From a virus, in IMG/VR virus record IMGVR_UViG_3300025133_009823: a stretch of 18,873 bases of DNA. The stretch is one strand, 5' to 3'. Positions within the stretch are counted from its first letter, which is position 1, and each line of letters opens with the position of its first letter. The notes beneath the pieces are model-generated. The model made no database searches. It had not been told where the DNA came from and saw nothing but the letters and a program-made list of their open reading frames with translations. A program made the position numbers and the translations under genes. Below, in pieces: positions 6,596 through 12,197 of this stretch.

Positions 6596-6669
6596 TGGAT
6601 GGGATGCTAGGACTCGAACCTAGATTCACGGTGCCAAAAACCGGTGTCCTGCCATTGAACGACACCCCA
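6596..6669 (-). tRNA. tRNA-Gln (UUG)
   Basis: TGGGGTG-TC-GTTC-AATGGCA-GGAC-A-CCGGT-TTTTGGC-ACCGT-GAATC-TAGGT-TCGAGTC-CTAGC-ATCCCA-T-CCA. Confidence 0.65.
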
Positions 6670-6682
6670 ATAATGTGATCGA

Positions 6683-6709
6683 CTCTGCTTCGTGACCTTT
6701 GAAGCAGAG
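6683..6709. other. Strong hairpin (9-bp stem CTCTGCTTC / GAAGCAGAG, 9-nt loop) in a 165-bp tRNA-free spacer
   Basis: Perfect inverted repeat with no flanking U-run. Possibly a processing site or small RNA. Confidence 0.35.
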
Positions 6710-6837
6710 CGTTTGTCGCAGGGCTTTCCGGTTGAAATCCAGTCCGCCTTCGATTCACGCCTATGCACAGACGCTTCAACCTGCAATATCGCTCGATCAG
6801 CACGACTCCCGCCGCAGGATGGTTAGCAGCAGAAAAA

Positions 6838-6912
6838 TGGTCGGGAACCCGGGAGTCGAACCCAGCACTTCCTGCTCCCAAAGCAGACCGCACACCCCGC
6901 GCGTTGTTCCCG
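6838..6912 (-). tRNA. tRNA-Pro (UGG)
   Basis: CGGGAAC...TCTGC-TTTGGGA-GCAGG...CTGGG-TTCGACT-CCCGG-GTTCCCG-A-CCA, with G37 as expected for Pro. Confidence 0.75.
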
Positions 6913-6918
6913 TTAGAA

Positions 6919-6991
6919 TGGTCGAATGCCCTGGCGTCGAACCAGGCAAGAGAAGCTTCCAAGGCCCCGCCCGCACCCCGCTGTGCACTCG
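6919..6991 (-). tRNA. tRNA-like gene with canonical ends and a GC-rich core whose D and anticodon arms do not fold
   Basis: CGAGTGC-AC-AGCGGGGTGCGGGCGGGGCCTTGGAAGCTTCTCTTG-CCTGG-TTCGACG-CCAGG-GCATTCG-A-CCA. Confidence 0.35.
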
Positions 6992-6995
6992 AAAA

Positions 6996-7070
6996 TGGTG
7001 GGAGAGATAGGACTCGAACCTACAACCTTCTGGCTCAGAACCAGCTGCGCTGCCATTGCGCCACTCTCCT
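6996..7070 (-). tRNA. tRNA with anticodon CUG (Gln-type), A1-C72 mismatch
   Basis: AGGAGAG-TG-GCGC-AATGGCA-GCGC-A-GCTGG-TTCTGAG-CCAGA-AGGTT-GTAGG-TTCGAGT-CCTAT-CTCTCCC-A-CCA. Confidence 0.6.
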
Positions 7071-7147
7071 ACATGTGGGTTACACCAGAAATCTTGACTC
7101 TGCACGATATCGATCCCGCACAGAGTACTTGCTAACGATGTTTCGAA

Positions 7148-7169
7148 GAAGATGAGAGCTCTCATCTTC
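7148..7169. repeat. Perfect 22-bp palindrome GAAGATGAGAGCTCTCATCTTC, followed by a second hairpin CACGCC-TACCCAAA-GGCGTG
   Basis: Exact inverted repeat between tRNA 6996..7070 and tRNA 7224..7300. Confidence 0.5.
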
Positions 7170-7223
7170 AACCACGCCTACCCAAAGGCGTGCCAGAATC
7201 CCATCTCTCTGGTGGGTCTGAAG

Positions 7224-7300
7224 TGGTTGGGGTGGAAGGGCTCGAACCTTCACGTCTCCAGGGCCAGAACCCGGCGTTTTGCCAATTAAACTACACCCCA
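7224..7300 (-). tRNA. tRNA-Gln (CUG), paralog of the UUG tRNA at 6596..6669
   Basis: TGGGGTG-TA-GTTT-AATTGGC-AAAC-G-CCGGG-TTCTGGC-CCTGG-AGACGT-GAAGG-TTCGAGC-CCTTC-CACCCCA-A-CCA. Confidence 0.65.
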
Positions 7301-7304
7301 TGAA

Positions 7305-7398
7305 ATGTCACCGACGGCGGAATCGAACCGCGACCTAATGCCAGAGCACACCAGCAGAAGTTTTTACATCGACCCGGAGGCTGTGCTGCCTATCGGTG
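7305..7398 (-). tRNA. 94-nt class-II-like tRNA with a long variable region; anticodon not resolved; no CCA
   Basis: 5' CACCGAT pairs with 3' GTCGGTG; the T arm is GCGG-TTCGATT-CCGC. The internal region contains GATGTAAAAAC but no clean 5+7+5 anticodon arm. Confidence 0.35.
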
Positions 7399-7434
7399 GG
7401 AGCCGCCCCCTTTACGACGACGTCGGCTATAAAA

Positions 7435-7509
7435 TGGCTCCTCCTACTGGGATCGAACCAGTGACACACCGGTTAACAGCCGGTTGCTCTACCACTGAGC
7501 TAAGGAGGA
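7435..7509 (-). tRNA. tRNA-Asn (GUU)
   Basis: TCCTCCT-TA-GCTC-AGTGGTA-GAGC-A-ACCGG-CTGTTAA-CCGGT-GTGTC-ACTGG-TTCGATC-CCAGT-AGGAGGA-G-CCA. Confidence 0.85.
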
Positions 7510-7515
7510 ATGAAA

Positions 7516-7590
7516 ATGGAGCCTCTAGACGGTTACGATCCGACGTTTCTGTCATACCAAGACAGTGTTCTCCCATTGAACTATAGAGGC
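7516..7590 (-). tRNA. tRNA-Thr (GGU)
   Basis: GCCTCTA-TA-GTTC-AATGGGA-GAAC-A-CTGTC-TTGGTAT-GACAG-AAAC-GTCGG-ATCGTAA-CCGTC-TAGAGGC-T-CCA. Confidence 0.8.
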
Positions 7591-7660
7591 AGAAGAGGAG
7601 CGTTCACTCAATGTGAATCTTCTAAACGTTGTGCTGAATGACTACGTACTCTCTCAAAGA

Positions 7661-7735
7661 TGGCAGGCCCCCGGGGGCTCGAACCCCGACCGACGGGTTT
7701 GGAATCCGTCATGCTACCGATTACACCAAGGACCT
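7661..7735 (-). tRNA. tRNA-Trp (CCA), with G73 as in bacterial Trp
   Basis: AGGTCCT-TG-GTGT-AATCGGTA-GCAT-G-ACGGA-TTCCAAA-CCCGT-CGGT-CGGGG-TTCGAGC-CCCCG-GGGGCCT-G-CCA. Confidence 0.7.
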
Positions 7736-7923
7736 ATGAGTCGTCTCGAAGATCTTGCTTCTGCTCCTTCTCACGAAGGCGAGCTTCCTTCTCCTGACGT
7801 GTTTGACTGTTTAACGAACCCTTAGAACCGTTTGCCTTATGCGGCTTGCACATGAGGCATCCAGCTCGACGGTTTTTTGCGCGTCCGCGCTTGAAGTTTG
7901 CCACGAGATCTCTCCACTGTTTT

Positions 7924-7945
7924 CCCTGCTAGTCATCTAGCAGGG
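7924..7945. other. Perfect hairpin CCCTGCTAG-TCAT-CTAGCAGGG, 40 nt downstream of the methyltransferase stop
   Basis: 9-bp stem with a 4-nt loop and no downstream U-run on the coding (minus) strand, so it is a processing or binding site rather than a classical terminator. Confidence 0.4.
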
Positions 7946-7982
7946 CATGGTGTGATCTCTCCTGGAAGCTGGGCGGGTGTCA

Positions 7983-8798
7983 TTATGCTGTCTGCTGACT
8001 GCAGGTGCAACCACAGGTGCTACACGGAAGGATTTCCTCTGTAGACGTCGGGGGCTTAGCACGTTCTTTTGCAGCAGCCTCTGCCACATGCAGAGGGATG
8101 AAGCGCATCACAGTAGAGGGAAGTTTTGGATGGTGGATTCGATTTTCTGACACTAAGGCAAAGTGTGTACTAATCGTCCGAAGATCTCGCTTCTTTGTGT
8201 TAGTGTTGAGAACTAAGACACCACCCTCTCTTAGCAACTTTGAAAGTGTCTTAGTAGTCTGTCGACGGTGCACTGGGCTATGGTGACAAAGGACATGAGA
8301 CATGACAATGTAGTCGAACGTCCCAATCTCTTCTTCGATATTAGAGATGTCATCGCAGATGAATTCAATCTTATCACTAAGTCCATGCAAAGCTGCAAGG
8401 AACTCCGCATTTCGAATCCGAATGTCGAAAGCATCAACACCTACAACGTTAGCACCCATCTTAGCAAGCTCCACAGAAAACGTTCCGTCAGCGCAGCCAA
8501 GATCTAAAACCCTCTTGCCAGAGATAGACGACGAGAATCCCAGTGACGGAAACGAGTCTTTCATAGCAAATGTGCCAGGAATCACGACCCCTGGGGCAAT
8601 TGTCGTCTGATGATACCACTTTGATCCAAGAATCGCTGGGATATCAAAATCGACCAGGCGCTCCCAAATATCATCGTCAACGGAATCGTAGAGATCTAGA
8701 GCAAGTTGTTCGCCCTTTTTGAAGTTTTGCCTGCTCCAGCGCCGAGCCTTCGACCAACGACCGTTCTTTTTGTACCACTCGGACCAGGTCTCAGACAT
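7983..8798 (-). CDS. Class I SAM-dependent methyltransferase, CmoB-like (possible tRNA U34 modification enzyme), with a Cys-rich C-terminal tail
   Basis: SAM motif I is VLDLGCADGTFS. The stretch GKRVLDLGCADG...VVGVDAF...FDYIVMSHVLCHHSPVHRRQTTKTLSKLLREGGVLVLNT parallels the remembered CmoB pattern (ILDVGCGSGY...VGIDPT...[37 protein letters not shown]). It sits inside the tRNA array. Confidence 0.6.
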   Translation of the reverse strand: MSETWSEWYKKNGRWSKARRWSRQNFKKGEQLALDLYDSVDDDIWERLVDFDIPAILGSKWYHQTTIAPGVVIPGTFAMKDSFPSLGFSSSISGKRVLDLGCADGTFSVELAKMGANVVGVDAFDIRIRNAEFLAALHGLSDKIEFICDDISNIEEEIGTFDYIVMSHVLCHHSPVHRRQTTKTLSKLLREGGVLVLNTNTKKRDLRTISTHFALVSENRIHHPKLPSTVMRFIPLHVAEAAAKERAKPPTSTEEILPCSTCGCTCSQQTA

Positions 8799-8990
8799 TG
8801 TACTTTAACTCCAAGACTAAGTATGAACTGATCGCGAAAAAAATGCTGGGCCGGACGGTAACGCTCCGTCTACTTCTCGTCACAATCGAGGTATGTTTCT
8901 TTTACACCACGAGGGCCAAAAGTGGTTGCTGCATCATCGCAGCCTATGATTCTGGAGCTGTTTTCAACTCTAAGATGGGTATTTGCTCAT

Positions 8991-9626
8991 CTACTGAATC
9001 TCTGAAAAGTTCATCTTTCGGCCGCGAGTCCATCCTTGCTGAATCATCTCATCGACCCTGTCCTTTGAGACCTTAGTAGATCTCTTCTCTTCAAGGCTGT
9101 ACATCCACACTTTACCGAACTGAGAATTTCCCGAGCCCTTTTGGTGTTGACTGTTTGCCTTTCCAATCTTTCGTTTTGATTCATCTGTGTGTCGTCGACC
9201 TGACAAGTCATAAGGCTTCACGATTCCGTCTTCGTGCATCTTCTTGAAGCGGACCGACGCCCTTTTTCGTTGCCCTTCTCGCCAGTCATCATTAGCCCAC
9301 AACTTCTTGAGAGTGCGGCTCCCGCCCTTTCTCTGAGCTTCGGAGCCCCATCGATCACCTCGGCCTCCTGTTCGAAGATTGTAAGTGTCGTCTCTCTCAA
9401 CGAACTCCATGGTAACGATTAGAGCCTCTTCTTCAAAAGCATCGTCCTCAGAGGCATGATGAGATAGTACAGTTTTCCTAAATGACTCAAGCCCGAACTC
9501 GACGATAGCCGCAGAGAGAGCTGTTCCACTTCCCATATAACCGTCATTGAGATCGTCAGTTGTGTGCTTTCCGACGTAGACATGACCATTGATAATGTTT
9601 CGAACTTCGTAGACGTAGTGATGCAT
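8991..9626 (-). CDS. GIY-YIG homing endonuclease (SegB / I-TevI-like) with a NUMOD-like C-terminal DNA-binding region
   Basis: Starts MHHYVYEVRNIINGHVYVGKH (GIY...YVG), followed by NLRTGG and C-terminal KGSGNSQFGK repeats. The track ORF was trimmed to ATG 9624-9626 because the longer version overlaps tRNA 9663..9738. Confidence 0.75.
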   Translation of the reverse strand: MHHYVYEVRNIINGHVYVGKHTTDDLNDGYMGSGTALSAAIVEFGLESFRKTVLSHHASEDDAFEEEALIVTMEFVERDDTYNLRTGGRGDRWGSEAQRKGGSRTLKKLWANDDWREGQRKRASVRFKKMHEDGIVKPYDLSGRRHTDESKRKIGKANSQHQKGSGNSQFGKVWMYSLEEKRSTKVSKDRVDEMIQQGWTRGRKMNFSEIQ

Positions 9627-9662
9627 ACCTCTATGTATCAAACGAGTTCGATAAAGTAAGCA

Positions 9663-9738
9663 AGCGTGCACCGGGATTCGAACCCGGACCTTCTGGGTGG
9701 AAGCCAGAGATGCTAGACCGTTAAAACACCATGCGCGC
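9663..9738 (-). tRNA. tRNA-Gly (UCC)
   Basis: GCGCGCA-TG-GTGT-...-GCAT-C-TCTGG-CTTCCAC-CCAGA-AGGTC-CGGGG-TTCGAAT-CCCGG-TGCACGC-T. Confidence 0.7.
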
Positions 9739-9744
9739 AAGAAG

Positions 9745-9821
9745 TGGTGGGTTGCCTCGGCCACGATCCGAGATCTACTAGATTAAGAGTCCAGTGCTCT
9801 GCCCACTTGAGCTAACAACCC
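9745..9821 (-). tRNA. tRNA-Lys (CUU)
   Basis: GGGTTGT-TA-GCTC-AAGTGGGCA-GAGC-A-CTGGA-CTCTTAA-TCTAG-TAGAT-CTCGG-ATCGTGG-CCGAG-GCAACCC-A-CCA. Confidence 0.65.
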
Positions 9822-9827
9822 TAAAAA

Positions 9828-9903
9828 TGGCGGGGAAGACGGGACTCGAACCCGCAACCTTCGGATAGACAATCCGCTGCGCTACCAATTGCGCCACAAC
9901 CCC
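9828..9903 (-). tRNA. tRNA-Asp (GUC)-like with two U-U mismatches in the acceptor stem
   Basis: GGGGTTG-TG-GCGC-AATTGGTA-GCGC-A-GCGGA-TTGTCTA-TCCGA-AGGTT-GCGGG-TTCGAGT-CCCGT-CTTCCCC-G-CCA. Confidence 0.55.
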
Positions 9904-9999
9904 AAAAGCTGACTCTCCAGCTGTCACGCCTGCTCAGGGGGCGTTCCCTATCACGGAAATATTGCTTCCGCACCGAAACAGTGACCTGAATCGGAAAGC

Positions 10000-10088
10000 A
10001 CCTCAGCCGGGCCACGATCCCGGGTTAACCAAGGGGCTCGAACCCTTCCACTGTGCATGCGGCAGTGGGTCACCACGACTACTGAGGT
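10000..10088 (-). tRNA. 89-nt atypical tRNA-like gene with two T-arm-like hairpins; anticodon unresolved
   Basis: 5' ACCTCAG pairs with 3' CTGAGGT. It contains AAGGG-TTCGAGC-CCCTT and CCGGG-ATCGTGG-CCCGG plus a 9-nt-loop hairpin CACTG-CCGCATGCA-CAGTG. Confidence 0.35.
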
Positions 10089-10092
10089 AAAA

Positions 10093-10169
10093 TGGAGCTC
10101 CTGGACGGCATCGAACCGACAACCTTCCCCGTACGAAGGGGTTGTTCTACCAGACTGAACTTCAGGAGC
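10093..10169 (-). tRNA. tRNA-Thr (CGU)
   Basis: GCTCCTG-AA-GTTC-AGTCTGGTA-GAAC-A-ACCCC-TTCGTAC-GGGGA-AGGTT-GTCGG-TTCGATG-CCGTC-CAGGAGC-T-CCA. Confidence 0.8.
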
Positions 10170-10170
10170 A

Positions 10171-10247
10171 TGGTGGGACCTCCGGGGCTCGAACCCGGGA
10201 CTCTCGGATTAAAAGTCCGGTGCTCTACCTACTGAGCTAAGGACCCA
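10171..10247 (-). tRNA. tRNA-Lys (UUU)
   Basis: GGGTCCT-TA-GCTC-AGTAGGTA-GAGC-A-CCGGA-CTTTTAA-TCCGA-GAGTC-CCGGG-TTCGAGC-CCCGG-AGGTCCC-A-CCA. Confidence 0.8.
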
Positions 10248-10257
10248 CTTCGAAAGG

Positions 10258-10333
10258 ATGCAGAAGAGGGATTTGAACCCCCGTCGTACAGGGTATGAAC
10301 CTGTGCTGGAACCAGACTCCAGTCCATTCTGCA
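10258..10333 (-). tRNA. tRNA with anticodon CAU (elongator Met or Ile2) and an unusual 5-bp D-arm-like hairpin
   Basis: TGCAGAA-TG-GA-CTGGA-GTCTGGT-TCCAG-C-ACAGG-TTCATAC-CCTGT-ACGAC-GGGGG-TTCAAAT-CCCTC-TTCTGCA-T; no CCA encoded. Confidence 0.55.
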
Positions 10334-10340
10334 GAAAAAG

Positions 10341-10415
10341 ATGCGGAGGAGGGATTCGAACCACTCGACCTTTGGCTTATGAGGCCAACGAGCTACCAGA
10401 CTGCTCCACTCCGCA
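10341..10415 (-). tRNA. Initiator-like tRNA-fMet (CAU)
   Basis: TGCGGAG-TG-GAGC-AGTCTGGTA-GCTC-G-TTGGC-CTCATAA-GCCAA-AGGTC-GAGTGG-TTCGAAT-CCCTC-CTCCGCA-T. It has the A11:U24 pair and three consecutive G/C pairs at 29-31:39-41 seen in E. coli tRNA-fMet. Confidence 0.65.
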
Positions 10416-10421
10416 ACAAAG

Positions 10422-10492
10422 TACTCCCACGGGGTATCGATCCCCGGTTACCGGACTGAAAACCCAGCGTTCTACCATTAAACTATAGGAGC
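10422..10492 (-). tRNA. tRNA with anticodon probably UUC (Glu) or a related assignment; loop TTTTCAG
   Basis: GCTCCTA-TA-GTTT-AATGGTA-GAAC-G-CTGGG-TTTTCAG-TCCGG-TAAC-CGGGG-ATCGATA-CCCCG-TGGGAGT-A. Confidence 0.45.
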
Positions 10493-10495
10493 ATG

Positions 10496-10571
10496 ATGGG
10501 GTGTGACCGGGGTTCGAACCCTGGACTCCGGATTCACAGTCCGGTATGTTACCAACTACACTAGACACACC
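10496..10571 (-). tRNA. tRNA-His (GUG) with encoded G-1 opposite C73
   Basis: G-GTGTGTC-TA-GTGT-AGTTGGTA-ACAT-A-CCGGA-CTGTGAA-TCCGG-AGTC-CAGGG-TTCGAAC-CCCGG-TCACACC-C-CCA. Confidence 0.8.
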
Positions 10572-10576
10572 ATAAG

Positions 10577-10650
10577 TGCCCCGAATAGGAATCGAACCTA
10601 TGACCTCAGGTTTCGGAAACCTGCGCTCTATCCAACTGAGCTATCGGGGC
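10577..10650 (-). tRNA. tRNA-Arg (CCG)
   Basis: GCCCCGA-TA-GCTC-AGTTGGATA-GAGC-G-CAGGT-TTCCGAA-ACCTG-AGGTC-ATAGG-TTCGATT-CCTAT-TCGGGGC-A. Confidence 0.85.
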
Positions 10651-10787
10651 AAGTGGCCGACCACGGGAACTGGCTTCCCTGCCGGCACTAGCAGCCTTCG
10701 GCTGCCAGAACTTTCCATACATATTGAGATGTCAAAGAGTCAAAGCCTGTCGACCCGGTGGTCTGTCGGCTTGAAAATGGTGGGACC

Positions 10788-10863
10788 TAAGGGAATCGAA
10801 CCCATGACCTTCGGATTAAGAATCCGCCGCTCTACCTACTGAGCTAAGGTCCCATGGTCGGGA
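10788..10863 (-). tRNA. tRNA-Lys (CUU), paralog of the UUU tRNA at 10171..10247
   Basis: GGGACCT-TA-GCTC-AGTAGGTA-GAGC-G-GCGGA-TTCTTAA-TCCGA-AGGTC-ATGGG-TTCGATT-CCCTT-AGGTCCC-A-CCA. Confidence 0.7.
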
Positions 10864-10864
10864 T

Positions 10865-10940
10865 AGGAGGAATCGAACCTCCGACCTTCCGCTTATCAGG
10901 CGGATGCTCTAACCACTGAGCTACATCCCGGTCGGGTGTA
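10865..10940 (-). tRNA. tRNA-Ile (GAU)
   Basis: CGGGATG-TA-GCTC-AGTGGTTA-GAGC-A-TCCGC-CTGATAA-GCGGA-AGGTC-GGAGG-TTCGATT-CCTCC-TATCCCG-A-CCA. Confidence 0.85.
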
Positions 10941-11217
10941 CACGCCTTTCGGCGGGTTAGAAGCTTCGGTTTTTGGGCGAGGCTTCTTAGGCCTCGATAA
11001 TACCCGCCGGTTCCGTTCCAGGCTTTCGCCCCATCGGTTCCGGCCAGGTATCATTTTTCCCGTGCCAATTATGGGTGGGAGGCTGCATCTGATGCCTGAC
11101 CGAATCACTGGGATTCGTAATGCTGCGCTGGACCGTATCGTTGGTCTGATTGCGTTGCATGGCTGTGTGCCTCAGCGGTTTTGAGAGTTTGCAGTGCGCC
11201 GTGTTGCGCCCCGCGTT

Positions 11218-11275
11218 ATGATGTAAGTATAGTCTTTGGGGAGCTAAATGTGCACGCACAGTGCACGCAAAGTTC
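11218..11275 (-). promoter_or_regulatory. Candidate promoter for tRNA cluster C, with two 9-bp direct repeats (GTGCACGCA-CA-GTGCACGCA, plus strand 11249-11270) overlapping the -35 region
   Basis: The minus strand reads TGCACA-(17)-TATACT, with the -10 at 11226..11231. It lies in the ~520-bp non-coding gap upstream of tRNA 10865..10940. Confidence 0.3.
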
Positions 11276-11460
11276 AAAAAAGTTTGCGCGGCTTAAAAAG
11301 AAAGGTCAAAAGTATGGGCAGTGCTAACTGAGATGACTTTTGCGAGACTCAACTTGTGAGAATTGCCCATCCTATCACCAGAGTCAGCAGAGCGGCGTTT
11401 GCCCTAAAGAGCCACATAGCGGTGCGGAAGATCTGGGTGTCCTTCCTGTCGATCTTTTCA

Positions 11461-12006
11461 TCATCCATTGTAGAGTCTCCGGTTAATGTTTGTTGCCATG
11501 TAGCCCTTGAGATTCCCACCAGATGCTCCGCGCATAACAAGGGGAGAAGAGTTGCTGAATCGATCCATGTGCAGATAATCATCCTGCCCGTCAGGGTTAT
11601 TCATTCCTGGGACGAAAGGATTTTCTTCAACAACAGTGGCTCGAGTTCTTGCGCCCCGAAAGACACCACGCTTTTCGTAGCGTGAGCCAGGAGCAGTCGT
11701 CACATATTCACGTGCAAGGCCACCAAGCATGCTAAGCTTGTCCTGATTGCTAATCAGATTGCTATCCATTAGTGCTTCGTAGCTTGAATCACCGTAGGCT
11801 GGTGCCGCTCCAGCAGAGCCCGCGCCGAGCATCATGATCGGAGCACTTTCATCTGTCAAGTTTTGAATTCCATGACCATGACATGTGAGGCATTCTACAA
11901 CGCCTTCATATCGAAGAGGCTTGAGATAGTCTGGTGTCGTATCGTACAACTCGGGAGAAACTTGTCCTTTTCCTTCGCAGGTAGGACACACTCGACAATT
12001 ATTCAA
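11461..12006 (-). CDS. Hypothetical protein with an N-terminal DnaJ-type zinc-finger (two CxxCxGxG motifs) and a low-complexity Gly/Ala/Ser region
   Basis: CRVCPTCEGKG and CLTCHGHG in the first 50 aa. A TTGACA -35-like hexamer lies in the upstream intergenic region. Confidence 0.5.
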   Translation of the reverse strand: MNNCRVCPTCEGKGQVSPELYDTTPDYLKPLRYEGVVECLTCHGHGIQNLTDESAPIMMLGAGSAGAAPAYGDSSYEALMDSNLISNQDKLSMLGGLAREYVTTAPGSRYEKRGVFRGARTRATVVEENPFVPGMNNPDGQDDYLHMDRFSNSSPLVMRGASGGNLKGYMATNINRRLYNG

Positions 12007-12134
12007 AACGGACTCCAGCGCACTAATCGTATCATGCTACTATACCCCGAAATACCAGCAGTGTACCACACAAGTCATCCTGGTTGCACGGGAGAACTCA
12101 TTAAGGTGGAAACCCATTCGAGTTCTTGTCAAGT

Positions 12135-12172
12135 AGCAGATACAAATGCGCCCGGGACGCAATGCCCGGGCG
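12135..12172 (-). terminator. Rho-independent terminator after the vault-protein gene
   Basis: The minus strand has a perfect 9-bp stem GCGCCCGGG-CATTGCGT-CCCGGGCGC followed by ATTTGTAT, 26 nt downstream of the stop at 12198. Confidence 0.5.
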
Positions 12173-12197
12173 CAACCTCTACGAGAGAGAATCTAAG

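Noticed and set aside
6728-6760. Plus-strand tRNA suggested by ggttgaaatcc
   Set aside because: No complementary T stem or acceptor stem could be built. All convincing tRNAs are on the minus strand.
8991-9764. Long version of the GIY-YIG ORF starting MAEATHH
   Set aside because: Its first 46 codons overlap tRNA 9663..9738. The ATG at 9624-9626 gives the canonical MHHYVYEV...YVG start.
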